DNA of 60,282 nucleotides, counting the filler, from Rhizaria sp. SCN 62-66 (Eukaryota), in the NCBI GenBank assembly GCA_001724265.1. It is 6 parts of 6 records of this genome, joined end to end, with 100 filler letters (N's around TTAATTAATTAA, not from the genome) between each part and the next. Parts side by side here need not be neighbours in the genome. Positions count along the whole stretch, not along the records: positions 32,536 to 40,693 come from MEDY01000589.1; positions 40,794 to 48,930 come from MEDY01000590.1; 4 more parts are not named here. One strand, 5' to 3'. The notes below the pieces were generated by a model. It saw only the letters and a list, made by a program, of their open reading frames with translations, had not been told where the DNA came from and searched no databases. Below are positions 35,546 through 46,662 of this stretch, one piece after another. The position numbers were made by a program, and so were the translations under genes. Every line of letters starts with the position of its first letter. The first letter of the stretch is position 1.

Positions 35546-38500
35546 TACAGTTTTTTTCGTTGCTATCGAAGTTGTCGCTATGGTAGTCATCACCGTTCCT
35601 GCCGTTATTCTCGTCGTCACCGTCAATGCCACTGCTCATATCATCGTTCTAGCGACTCTTTAACTGAGCAATTTTGACGCTAATGTTGCTTGCAACACTG
35701 CTGTGACCGTTAACAGTTTGACTAATACTAGAGTTACGGCGATTGCCTGGGTCATCAGCGTTGTTGTCCACTTCGTTGTTAGGAAGCATACTCGCTCTAG
35801 CATCGAGAACAGCCTCGGCGTTTTGACCGTGAGCAGCCTTGGCATGACGCCGCTGGGCGGGCCGGCCACTTCGGCCGACCGGGACCGCGGCGGCGACCGC
35901 GGCAGCGCGGGCAGCGGCAGCGTCACCGGCGGCGGTGGCCTGCATCTCGACAGGAACTCCTCGCGTAGCGTCGGCCTCTGGTGTCCGCGCATCAGCCATG
36001 GCGACCAAGCTTGCTGTTTTACTGACCTTCAAACCAGAGTTAACAGTGTCGAAATTGACGACATTGTTGTTTCTAGTCGCTCCCTTCTTGTTTGTGGTTG
36101 CTTTTGTGCTTGTCACAGCCGCAATCTTGAGCGTAATTGACCCCGCTTTAATTGATCTGGTTATAGCTGTTGTCAGTTGATGCTGCTCCAAAAACTCTGT
36201 TTCGACAATGCTGCTGAGAAGTTTGAATGAGGACAACGCCAGATCTGTGCACCAAAGACTGCATGTGTCGTCTGTGGTGCTGTTGAACGCATATGTTGTT
36301 GCACGATTAATATCGCGAATAACAGGATCGGCCTCCGTCGCAGTTGCCGACAGGTGAATCATAAACACAACAAACTGCTTCCGCGTGGCAGTGTCGATAT
36401 TGAAATCCTTCTGCAGCAGCCTTGCTGTGACATACGTCGCCCAAGCCAAGATATCAATGCTTTTCACAGCGTCGAGACGCGCCTTGTTGTCGAGCCGCCA
36501 ACTTAGACAATCGGCAAGCTCGAGAGCCGTTGTTATACGCTTGATCTTGGGATCGTCATCAGCTAGGATACATGTGGACAGGTTCTTGAGATGCTCCATA
36601 TTGTTTCCCTATGCGTCTGTTACCCACTGCGCCAAAACTTGCGCGCTACTTTCAAGCGCACCATGGCTGCCGTACAGCACGTTTGCGATCAGCGGCCGCA
36701 GGGCAAGCGAATCGCTTTCGGAGAAGATGCAGTCTTTCGCCATAATTAGCTTGTTAGGCATGTTGGCTCTGCGGCGTAAGTGAGGGTGAGTAATCATATA
36801 TGGATAACACTTATGCAGCACATCACTGTCACCCGAGACTGCTACGTCAACACTGTCAGCTACGTCGCTGCTGGTGGTGACATTCATTGTCGCAGTAAAC
36901 CCTGAAAACGCAATATGTTTACTGATCTCCTTTGCTGATGCGGAAAAAGCGATGCGCGCAGTTTTAACAGCTGTTGGGAGAGCTTCATCAGCCATGGCTG
37001 CAAAGTTCTTTTGACGGAGTTGCAACAGCTTTATTTGGCAACTTGCATTCGCCCGAATGTCGTCTACAGTGGCAGTAATAGCCCGAACTTTCTGCGCCGT
37101 GATTTGTGGTGACAGGACGTACAGCTTGAAACTGTCCTCACTCTGTAAATGCTTGATGATGCACTCTAAGTTTGAAGTTATCTGAAGTGCGTTAACTAAA
37201 CCCTTATTTAGTTCATCGTAGCGTTTTTTCACCTCTTCTATCTTGCGTTCAGCGAGTTCGAGCTGATTCGCAGAGTTGTGCATCTGAGACGACAGGATGT
37301 TTTTACGGAGGTCCTTATCGTGCTTCTTAGCGCGATCTAACTCGCCACGTACGACCTGTTCCACCTTCATAGCCGCCAAAACACTGTTGTAGGCCTCAAT
37401 TTTGGCGTGCTCCATCGCAAACAGCGCCCTAACCCGCGCTTCGTCTGCCTCAAAACGTGCTTTGGTCGAGTTTGCTGTCTTTGTCAATTCTTTTGCTGCT
37501 GACATTGCGAGCATAGCACGCGAAATTACTTTGTTTGACCCAATGCAAATGGTGTCTGCGCTGATCTGTAGAGTCGCTGTTGCATCACCGACGACAGTCG
37601 CGCTATTAGCTGACTGCATCTGCAGTTGCAATGCAGATGCTCGTGTGTTTGTACGCCTTGTGTTTGATGTTGTTTGCGCAGCCATATCTCTTCTACCAGC
37701 TGCTCGTTGTCGCCTGTCCGCGATGTCTTTTTTCTCCGCCTCGCGGCGCGCCAGAGTCTGCTGCTTCATTTCGTCGAGGGTGATACTGCGAAAGCGTGGC
37801 GTTTCACCGTGCGCAGCTCTGATTTCTCACGCAAGCTCGGTGTTAACATCTCGGTCAGAGTGGAAAACACGTTTCCTATGTGCAACTCAGTCTTAGGCAG
37901 CAGTCTTATTAATATTACAATTGCGGGAGCAGTGGGAGCCTTGACGCGATAAGGTGCAGCAAAGATAACGTGGCTTGTAGTGATGACATGATTTACAGCG
38001 GCAACGGCAGACGACGAACTCATCTCTGCGGCATTATCCAATTTGTCAACCTGGCACATCATATTAACATCTTCATCTTTGCCCATCTCGATCTTTGGTT
38101 GTGGGATCTGGAACTGGACAGTGAGATGCTCAGGACCGAGAAAAAGGAAAGCGTCTGTCTTGGAATCCCACGAGTTACTGCCGGGCGCCAGTGCCCTGCA
38201 GATCGCGACACCAAGCGCTGATGCTGCTTCGCATCGGCAATGTCTGTCCTTGGTGGTGTCGAGCACAGTGTAGCTTAGCCGCATTGCGTCGCGCAGTGGA
38301 ACGCGCGACCTACTGCCGAGCGACAGCGCTGCAGCCTCGACGTTCATGGTCAGCAGCATGGCGAGCGGCATGAGCTCATTGTAGGTACGCGTATTGCGCA
38401 TTGTCATGGCAAGGAATAGAGAGGTGCTTGCGGTCTCTGGGGCCACGGCAAATACAACACTTTGTGTTTTGATTTTCTTGATTCCAGCGCAGCCCTTGAA

Positions 38501-40693
38501 GGCCACGCGAGTAATGGTAGCGAGCTTCCGCGCCCAGTCCCGCTTGACTTCTAGGCTCTGGTCCTCTGTCAAGATCCGCTTTGCGAGCTTGACGGCGTTG
38601 CTTGCGTCAATGCTCTGACCAATCTCAGCACAAAAAACGCGGAGCGCGAGCAGGATGGCGACAACGTCGAGCACCATCATGTTGTTGGTGGTGAGAATGA
38701 TATGAGATTGGATGAATCCGCAGTACTTCTCGTCCGGTGGCAGCACAAAGAGCGAACTCGCGTCGGATCTGGCGGCGTGAACAGGGTCTCAGATTACCAG
38801 CCGGTTGAAATTCTCAACCTCCTTGAGGAGCTTGTTTACATACAGTTGACTGCTGTGGGCGTTTGATGACATCGTGATGGCAGCATAACGCATGTCAGCG
38901 AAGTATGTGTACATAATCTGCATCAGCTTGTTATCGCACCGAGTGTCGTCAATAATGGTCGGAAACACTGAGTTAAGGTACTCGATAACCTTGCTGCGAG
39001 CCCGCGCGTCAAATGCGGCCTTCTCTGCGAAAAGCGCCTCAGGCGTGAGAGCTGGGTACTGCTGCTACGCAAGCTTGGAGTGCGGCACGGGCAAGCGACT
39101 GCACGCAGGAATACTTAACTGAATCGGCTGTTTAAAGAATTTTTCACACACAACATTCAAAAATCGCGTTCATTATGAGAAATATTTTGGTTTTAATGCT
39201 ATTGATGCCACTCAAAATGCGAAAGAATACATGTAGAACATTTACACTTACATGTGTACATGTTTATGTACATCGATGTAGGTAGCTTACCAGTTGAGTG
39301 TTACTGTAAGCGCCAACAGGACTGGCAGCGCCAGCCGCAGCGGCACTTGCACTGCCACTGTTACTACCAGCCTGTGCACTTGCAGCGTTAGATTTGCTAG
39401 CATGGTGCGCTTCCTGGCTTAACATCACTGCTTCGCGGAGCCCCGTGACTCCACCATCACTGGTGTGACTCGTCGAAGCTACGGGTAACACGGGCGCATT
39501 GACATCAAAAGCAACGCCAAGCTCAGCAAATGCTTCCGCACTTGGGGGCCTTAGCTGCATTGTCTCGAACTGATAACCGCAACGACAGTTGCGATAACTC
39601 TCGCAGTCAAAGTCCTGAGACGGCTCGTATTGATGGCTTAGAGCAACTTGATATGAGTCGTCACCAGATTGAAAACAGACAAAATGTCTACTTTAACCAG
39701 TTTTCCGCCGATTAAACACAAGATAAAACCTACAATCAATGCAGCTGGCGACGGCGAAGCTTCTCTGTGACTTGAGATCTGCGACTTAAAGCTTCTCTCG
39801 GTGGTGGAACTTAATTCTGTCGACACAGGTGTAGACACAGCAAAGCCAAGATGCTAACTGCTGGTACGTGCAAATAATATAACTTCTTATTTGGTGAGCG
39901 TAAATTAGCGTTGTTTGCTTCTGGTCTAGGACTTTATCAGATCAGTATCGCTCAACTGTGAGAACGTTTGAGCCGTGGAAGGAAGCAACGCTTGATGTCT
40001 TACAGGAAATCACGGTTCCCAATCGACAAAGGCTGTGACCCAAAGAAAATTAATAAGAAAACAACAAATTTTACTCGAATGTAAGAAAGAAACTCCGGAA
40101 ACCCCATTTTATAGAAGATAAACAACAAAAGATCCCTGGAAAATCTTGATGTCTTCGCACTGGGCCCTTTAGGTCATCAGTGATGAAATCACGCACTAAG
40201 AAAGTGATACATCGCAGATTTTCACAATGAAAGTGTTTCGGAAAACCGAGAGTATATTTAAGTGCGTGATCTCTTTGTATTCATTAAAATATGTTTTATT
40301 TTTCAACAAATTGCCCTATATGGACAATGTATTTTTATACTAGTACAAGTAACACGCCAACAATGCGAATTTTGACGCCTTTTTATTAATAGATCTAGCT
40401 ACTACGCTCATCAGGTTGGTGATTATTTGCACGTTGTTTTATTTGAACTTTAGTTATAGGGTTAAATCCGCTGAAAAATACGTTTTAAACCGATTTCCAA
40501 AGGAAAGAGATACACCACAAATAATGGCCTCCAGCGCCGAGTTCCGGCAACTCTTTTGAACAGCGATACCATATTTTCTTCGTTTTCAAATAATTATAAG
40601 GTAACTTTCAAAAAGTTCCGCCCCCTTTTTCGGAAAGTTTCGTCAGAAAATGTATTAAAATCAGGAATGAATCAAAACAGCAGTGAATTGAAA

Positions 40694-40793
40694 NNNNNNN
40701 NNNNNNNNNNNNNNNNNNNNNNNNNNNNNNNNNNNNNTTAATTAATTAANNNNNNNNNNNNNNNNNNNNNNNNNNNNNNNNNNNNNNNNNNNN
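40694..40793. other. Artificial contig linker
   Basis: Same spacer. Confidence 0.98.
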
Positions 40794-40891
40794 GTAAGGC
40801 TGGCCGTGTCGGTCTCCGCCACCGCATCACCAAGGAGGACGCCATGAAGTGGTTCCTCGCCAAGTTCCAGGACTCCCAGATCAAGGATTAA
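40794..40891 (+). CDS. RPL11: 60S ribosomal protein L11 (uL5), C-terminal end only
   Basis: KAGRVGLRHRITKEDAMKWFLAKF...D*(TAA) matches the eukaryotic RPL11 C-terminus. Confidence 0.85.
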
Positions 40892-41464
40892 GTGCGCCAA
40901 ACGTCGTCGTCGTCGTCGTATTGTCTGAGCTGCAGCAGTATCAATTAAAACCGCTGCTGTGAACTTGTCGTTACGGAACACAACACACTACTTTTTGCAC
41001 ACAACTCTTTGATTGTGAGAAAACCAATAATACACAGTCTATCTCTTGTCAAACTCTTACGCACCCAAACAAAACCAAATCCATATCTCTTTTACAAGAC
41101 AAGCTTCCTCGATGTGCATCTTGCTCGCGTCATGTCGTTAACAGTACCGCAGCTGAAACTTTGTCTGAACTATCATCTCTCTCCGCAGTTTATTGTTGAC
41201 GGTTCAATAAATACTCGGATGGTTGTATTGACGCTGTTCTGGCGTGACACGCAGTGATAATAACAATAACGCCAGATACTCAAATGAAACGCTATGCTAT
41301 CGACTGTGACCACACTGGGACAGGACAGTTCCGTGAAAACACTAAGTAGCACAAAAATAATCTAAATAAATATGAAAAGACTTTACACAGATATGAATCG
41401 AACTGCAAACACAAAATGTACATCACCACCAGCGCTTAATGCCTCACAGCAGACACTGCTTGGC

Positions 41465-44400
41465 TTAAGGCTTCACCGTCGCGTTGTGACTGCCGTCGCC
41501 GCTTGTGGTTTGTTTGGCGCCACCAGTCCCAGCCGCAGCCGCGGCTGCTGCCACCGGCGCCGAGCCCAGAGCCGCCGCCGAAGCCACCGACGCGGCCAGC
41601 GCCGCCGCAGTCGGCAAGTGTCCCGGTGTCGCGCTGCCGCTGCAGCTACTCGCATACGCGTTCGTGGTGTTGCTGGTGTTGGAGTTGAGGGGCGAAGGCG
41701 CCGGTGACGCCGACGACGGCAACATGGGCAGAGACGGCGACGACAGCGCGTTAAGCTGTGGTTGTGGCTGGGCCGGCATAGGGGACGCGTGTCCACCAGT
41801 TCCACTTGTACCGCTGGTAAGATGGCTCGTCGCAGCGGCAGCGGCAGCGGCAGCGGCAGGGGAAGAGACGGCGACAATGGCAGCGTTCAACGCATCGCTG
41901 CGAGCGGTGGCATTCGCGGCGGCGGCGGCGACGACGACGGCGGCGGAGGCGTTTACGCCTGCCGGGGTCGCGGGCGCCGGCGACTGCAGGAACGCGCTAT
42001 TTCCAGTACCCGTGACGGTTCCCGTGGCAGTACCTGTGGCAGTACTTGTGACGGCACCAGTGGCCACAGACACAGGACTGCGGAGCGCAGACACGGCAAG
42101 AGGGCCCGGCGACATCGCACCACCAGCTGCTGCACCGAGCTGTCCGTTACTACTATGAGCATTAGAGCTCGAATTTGCGCTTGCGTTGTTGTTGTTAGGG
42201 TTGAGTGAGGTGATGATCGGCGCGCCAGTGGTCATCGGCAACGGCCTGCGCGCAGACAGCGGCGCCCGCGCAAACACACTGCCACTGGCACCACCATTCG
42301 CACCGCCGACGCCGCTGCCCACGGTCACGCCGACACTGCCGGGGACGGCGCCGCTGGCGTGCAAGTAGTGGTGCAAGGACCCGCCCGTGGCGGACCCGGG
42401 CACGGAGCCCAGGCCACCGCCGCCGATGCTGCCGATGACACTGCTGCTGAGGCCTGGAGCGCCAGTGTACGGGGCCCCGACCGGCGTGAAGGGCGCAGTA
42501 TTGGTGTGGTTGCTGCCATTGGTGCTGTTGCCGTTGCTGTTGTGGACGGAGAGAGCGGCGGTGAGCGCGCCCGCTTGCAGCCCAGTTGCACTGCTCAGCG
42601 CGCCGGCAGCACTTAGATTCCCCCCGCTTACATTCCCCCCGTTTACGCTCGGCCCCGGTGTCACTGCTGCTGCTGAGGCTGCTGTCGAAGCGGACGCTGC
42701 GGCTGCTGCTGCTGCGCCTGCAAGCCGCGCCGCCGCCGCCGAGGCCGCGGCGGCCGCATGAGGCCGCGGGACGCCGACACCGACGCCGACGCCGACACTG
42801 CCGTTGATGGCAGTGCCGCCATTGGAAGCAGTCGCCGGACCGAGTGAGCTTGCGCGCAGTGCGGACGGCACGGCGGCTGGAGGGGAGAACGCAGTGGTCG
42901 ACAGACCGTGGCCGTGGCCGTGGCCGTGGACGTGACCGTGGGCGTGACTGTGAGAGCCGACGATGCCCAAGAGGCCGCGGGGGCTCAGAGCGCCAGTGCC
43001 ACTCAAACCGCCGTTCAAACCGCCGGTGAAAGCGCCCGGGGAGGCTCCGGGTCCGTTGAGCAAAGGCCCGGGGCTCAGCGCAGCGCTGGGAGTGACCCCC
43101 AGCCCACTGCTGCTGCCGAGACTGCCGTTACCGTTAACGCCGTTGCTGCTGTTGCTCTTGCTAAGGCCCAGCGCGGCCGCGGCTGACGCTGTGGAGGCCG
43201 CGGCTGCGGCCGCGATGGAGGCCGCAGTGGCCGAGTGGACCAGCGCCGGTCGCCAGGTTGCCGGCGACGCCGCCGCGGAGGCGGCCGCGGAGGCCGTTGC
43301 CGAGTGCGAGTGTGGGTTTGATGACGAAGCCGAGGACGAAGACGGAGGCAGGCCTAGTGCAGTGTGCGCCGCAGTGTGGCCGTGAGCGTGACCGTGGGCG
43401 TGGGCGTGACTGTGGGTCAGCGAGTGACTGTGGGTAGCGCCGGTCAAGTGGCCCAACTGACTGTGGGCGAGGTGGCCGTGGCCGTGGCCGTGGTGATGAT
43501 GCGCAGACAAGTGACCGTGGACAGCCGCGGGGTGACCGTGGGCAGCGGCGGCAGGGTGACTGTGGGCGGGGTGGCCGTGAGCAGCAGGACTTGACAGCGT
43601 CAAATACGACGATTGCTGCGGCAGCTGCGGCTGCAGCGACTGCAACGACTGGAACGGCTGCGGCTGTTGTGGCTGTTGCGTATTGCTACTGTTGTTGCCA
43701 GTCAGCGTGGCAAGAGCGTGATATAGCGGTTGCTGCTGTTGCTGCTGTTGCTGCAATTGCTGATGTTGCAGCTGCTGCTGCTGTTGCTGCTGTTGCATCG
43801 CAGCCGACGCACCCGCGGCCCCCGCCTGCGCCATCGCAGCTCCCGCCCCCGCGGCCGCCGCTGCAAGCGCCGCGACCGCGGCCGCGTTATGCGCCAGCGC
43901 GTGCCCCGACTCGGGCGCGTTGCGGCACTCGAGGCAGCGGCAGTTGACGCCGCACGGGATGCCCGCCTCGAAGCACTCGCAGTACCGCTTCTGGCAGTGG
44001 GACTTCTTGCAGTTGCATCCTTTGTGGTGCACCGCGACGACAACGCCGCCGCCGACGCCAGGGCCACCGCCGTCAGCGGCGCGGTCAGCGCCACTCTCGC
44101 CGGAAACGCCCGCAACAACGCCAGCGCCGCCGCCGCCGCCGCCGACGCCGCCGCCGCCGACGCCGCCGCCGGCACCAGCACCAGAGGTAAGGATCGCGGC
44201 GGCGGTCGCGGCGCCGTTCGCTGCGAGACCGCCGTCAACACCGCCAGTGACGGAGGGATCTGCCGCTCCGGTCGCCTCGCCGTCGCCAAGCGACACGGCG
44301 GTGACCTTGGGGCGGAACGCGCGGGGGTTGCGCTCCAAGATAAGCCGCCTCGCGTCCGCGCGCCGGCTCGTGTGGTGCGGCTTGTTGAAACACCCGCGGC

Positions 44401-45994
44401 ATCGGCACGAGGCGTCACACACGAGTCCGCTCGCGAAGCACTCGCAGTAGAGCTTCAGACACGCCGAGTTCTTGCAGTTGCACGGCTTGCGGACCGGCGC
44501 GGGGCGCGGAACCACGTGGACCACGGAACCCGTAACTGCACCCCCCGCGCCTGCGCCGCCGCCGCCGGTACCCATGGGACCCATGGGACCTGCGACACTG
44601 GAACCTGTGACTGCGCCGTTGCCGTTGCCGTTGCCGCCAGAGTGGGATCCGGCTGTCGGCGCGGGGACGGCGGCGGCGGCGATGGCGGCGGCTATCAGCG
44701 CAGCTGCGCCATGAGAGAAGCCGTGGTTGTGACCGTGGCTGTGGGGATGAGTGTGACCGTGAGTGGGATTGTGCGTGTTTGCCGTGGACGTGGTGGACGC
44801 GACGGAGGCTGAGTCCGCCGCATTGTCGTCGGCGCTCGCGTTGCCAGCGCCAGCGCTAGCGTTGGTGCTCGAGCTAGTGCTTGTGCCGGCGTTTCCATTG
44901 ACGAGATCAGATGGAGACGTCGAATTGGACCCAGGCCCAGAGCTGGAGCCGGAGCCCGCGCCAGTGCCGGAAGATAATGATGACGACGATGATGCCAGTG
45001 ACGCAGTGTTAGCGTTCAAAGCCGCCGCCGCTGTTGGTGGCAGAGCGGGGCCAGTGAGAGTAGAGTGCGAGTTCACAGTGTGTCCACTGTTCGCGGCAGT
45101 AGCGGCAGCGGCGGCAGCGGCGGCGGTGAGACTGCGGCTGGAGAGCGGCCTCTGCAGAGCACCACCCCACTGCAACTGACCCGGTCCCTGTGACTGTCCC
45201 TGTCCCTGCAACTGCGAGAGAGTCGAAGGCCAGGGGAAGGCGGACCCGAGTGCAGAGGCAGCGCTCGTCGCTGCCAGCGCCCCCCCAAGGCCGTGTCCGT
45301 GACCGTGACCGTGGCCGTGGCTGTTGAGATGGTTCAGCGGCAGAGGGCTGGCGTGGACACTCAGGACTCCGCTGTGGCCGTGACCGTGGCCCTGGCCGAG
45401 AGTGTGACTCAGACCGTCGGGGTGAGAACTGCTATTGTTGTTGTTGTTACTGTTGTTGTGGCTGAGGCCGGCAGCGGAGGACAGCGCTGAGCCAGCCAAC
45501 GCATGCGACTGCAGCAAGTGACCGTGAGCGCTGTAACCGTGAGCAGCGGAGTGGCTGTGCGGTGTGTGCAAGGTCGAGACCGCGAGAGGGGAGCTCAAAG
45601 TCGTCCCTGGGACACCAGTACCTACGGCACCTGCTCCAGTACCGGCGACAGGACCGGTGGCCCCGGAGCCGGCTGTGCTGAGAGAGAACGCGGTGGCATT
45701 CGAAGCGGAGGGAACCGATGGCGTGACCGCGACTAACCGCGACGGCGGGGTCGGCGACGGCAGCATCACAATCGCATCCGTGCCAGCAGTCACCGTCGTC
45801 ACAGCGACAGCGACGTCACGCGCCGCGGTGGCGGCTGTTGTTGGTGCTGCGGATGTGAGGTCGAGAGTGCGGCCGATGCGCGCGCGCTTGGAGCGAGCCA
45901 GAGCCAAACCCGATGCAGTCGCAACAGCGCCAGCGCCAGTGCCAGTGCCAGCGCCCGTGCCTGCGCCTGCTGAAGGGGGTGGGCCGTCAGACAT
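41465..45994 (-). CDS. Tesmin/TSO1/LIN54-like CXC (CRC) domain protein
   Basis: PCNCKNSACLKLYCECFASGLVCDASCRCRGCFN, RNPRAFRPK and HHKGCNCKKSHCQKRYCECFEAGIPCGVNCRCLECRN. Intronless, 1509 aa. Ends in TAA. Confidence 0.93.
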   Translation of the reverse strand: MSDGPPPSAGAGTGAGTGTGAGAVATASGLALARSKRARIGRTLDLTSAAPTTAATAARDVAVAVTTVTAGTDAIVMLPSPTPPSRLVAVTPSVPSASNATAFSLSTAGSGATGPVAGTGAGAVGTGVPGTTLSSPLAVSTLHTPHSHSAAHGYSAHGHLLQSHALAGSALSSAAGLSHNNSNNNNNSSSHPDGLSHTLGQGHGHGHSGVLSVHASPLPLNHLNSHGHGHGHGHGLGGALAATSAASALGSAFPWPSTLSQLQGQGQSQGPGQLQWGGALQRPLSSRSLTAAAAAAAATAANSGHTVNSHSTLTGPALPPTAAAALNANTASLASSSSSLSSGTGAGSGSSSGPGSNSTSPSDLVNGNAGTSTSSSTNASAGAGNASADDNAADSASVASTTSTANTHNPTHGHTHPHSHGHNHGFSHGAAALIAAAIAAAAVPAPTAGSHSGGNGNGNGAVTGSSVAGPMGPMGTGGGGAGAGGAVTGSVVHVVPRPAPVRKPCNCKNSACLKLYCECFASGLVCDASCRCRGCFNKPHHTSRRADARRLILERNPRAFRPKVTAVSLGDGEATGAADPSVTGGVDGGLAANGAATAAAILTSGAGAGGGVGGGGVGGGGGGAGVVAGVSGESGADRAADGGGPGVGGGVVVAVHHKGCNCKKSHCQKRYCECFEAGIPCGVNCRCLECRNAPESGHALAHNAAAVAALAAAAAGAGAAMAQAGAAGASAAMQQQQQQQQLQHQQLQQQQQQQQPLYHALATLTGNNSSNTQQPQQPQPFQSLQSLQPQLPQQSSYLTLSSPAAHGHPAHSHPAAAAHGHPAAVHGHLSAHHHHGHGHGHLAHSQLGHLTGATHSHSLTHSHAHAHGHAHGHTAAHTALGLPPSSSSASSSNPHSHSATASAAASAAASPATWRPALVHSATAASIAAAAAASTASAAAALGLSKSNSSNGVNGNGSLGSSSGLGVTPSAALSPGPLLNGPGASPGAFTGGLNGGLSGTGALSPRGLLGIVGSHSHAHGHVHGHGHGHGLSTTAFSPPAAVPSALRASSLGPATASNGGTAINGSVGVGVGVGVPRPHAAAAASAAAARLAGAAAAAAASASTAASAAAVTPGPSVNGGNVSGGNLSAAGALSSATGLQAGALTAALSVHNSNGNSTNGSNHTNTAPFTPVGAPYTGAPGLSSSVIGSIGGGGLGSVPGSATGGSLHHYLHASGAVPGSVGVTVGSGVGGANGGASGSVFARAPLSARRPLPMTTGAPIITSLNPNNNNASANSSSNAHSSNGQLGAAAGGAMSPGPLAVSALRSPVSVATGAVTSTATGTATGTVTGTGNSAFLQSPAPATPAGVNASAAVVVAAAAANATARSDALNAAIVAVSSPAAAAAAAAATSHLTSGTSGTGGHASPMPAQPQPQLNALSSPSLPMLPSSASPAPSPLNSNTSNTTNAYASSCSGSATPGHLPTAAALAASVASAAALGSAPVAAAAAAAGTGGAKQTTSGDGSHNATVKP

Positions 45995-46662
45995 GAGAGT
46001 GATTCAGTGCAAGAGCGTTCGCGACAGCAGCTGAACAGCAACCGAGAGTTTCGTCGCGCAGGGGTTAGGCGTGGTAGAGCTGTGACGGGGGTTAAAGAGC
46101 GAAACCCGAAGACGTGTGTGGTGCCGAGGTTGCAACACGCTCAAGCTGCCGCACGAGAAAGCAAGCAATCGAAAGAACGAGCAAGGGGGCCTAGGGCAAG
46201 GCAAAGCGCGAGGCCGCTCGGCGCCGGGGTCAGTGTGCGGGGAGGCACTGGACGGGCAGAGGGGGAAAGCGCGGAGGAAGCAGGAACGGAGTCCGGCGCG
46301 TTGTGGCAGAGGACGGGAACGCATCAGACATCGCGAGGAATGAGGAGGGTGTGAGGCGACAGATTCGAGGGAATAAATCGCGAGGAAAGCGTGTGCAGAG
46401 AAGAAATTAGTGAATAAAATCTGCCGGTTGCGCACATAAAAATCGGATATAACCAAAAAGAACTCTGAACAACGATGAAACCATGGCAGTGGACACCGCT
46501 GAAGTTAAACGACGCGTTTGAAGTTTTGAACGTCTCTTCCAAGGCTGAGACGGTCGGCCAGTCGGTCGTCGGTTGGGACCCACGGTCGCCCCGAACCAAA
46601 AAGCGCTTCTGGTCAGAAACTGAAAACGTCTCGTGTGCTGTGCCCATCCGAGAGCTCATATC

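Larger units (their letters stand above)
33297..39560 (-). pseudogene. Long interrupted gene (coiled-coil region, D/N-rich tracts, degenerate intein); pseudogene or partly TAG-recoded gene
   Basis: ORFs 36609-37769, 35649-36599 and 33297-35639 share one frame and are separated only by single TAG codons. Upstream there is an intron near 39289-39128, a TAG at 39065, a TGA at 38789 and a frame change near 37800. Confidence 0.55.

Noticed and set aside
33297-38746. Four closely spaced co-oriented ORFs looking like a prokaryotic or viral operon
   Set aside because: Three share one frame split by single TAGs, and a spliceosomal intron lies upstream. One interrupted eukaryotic gene explains this better.
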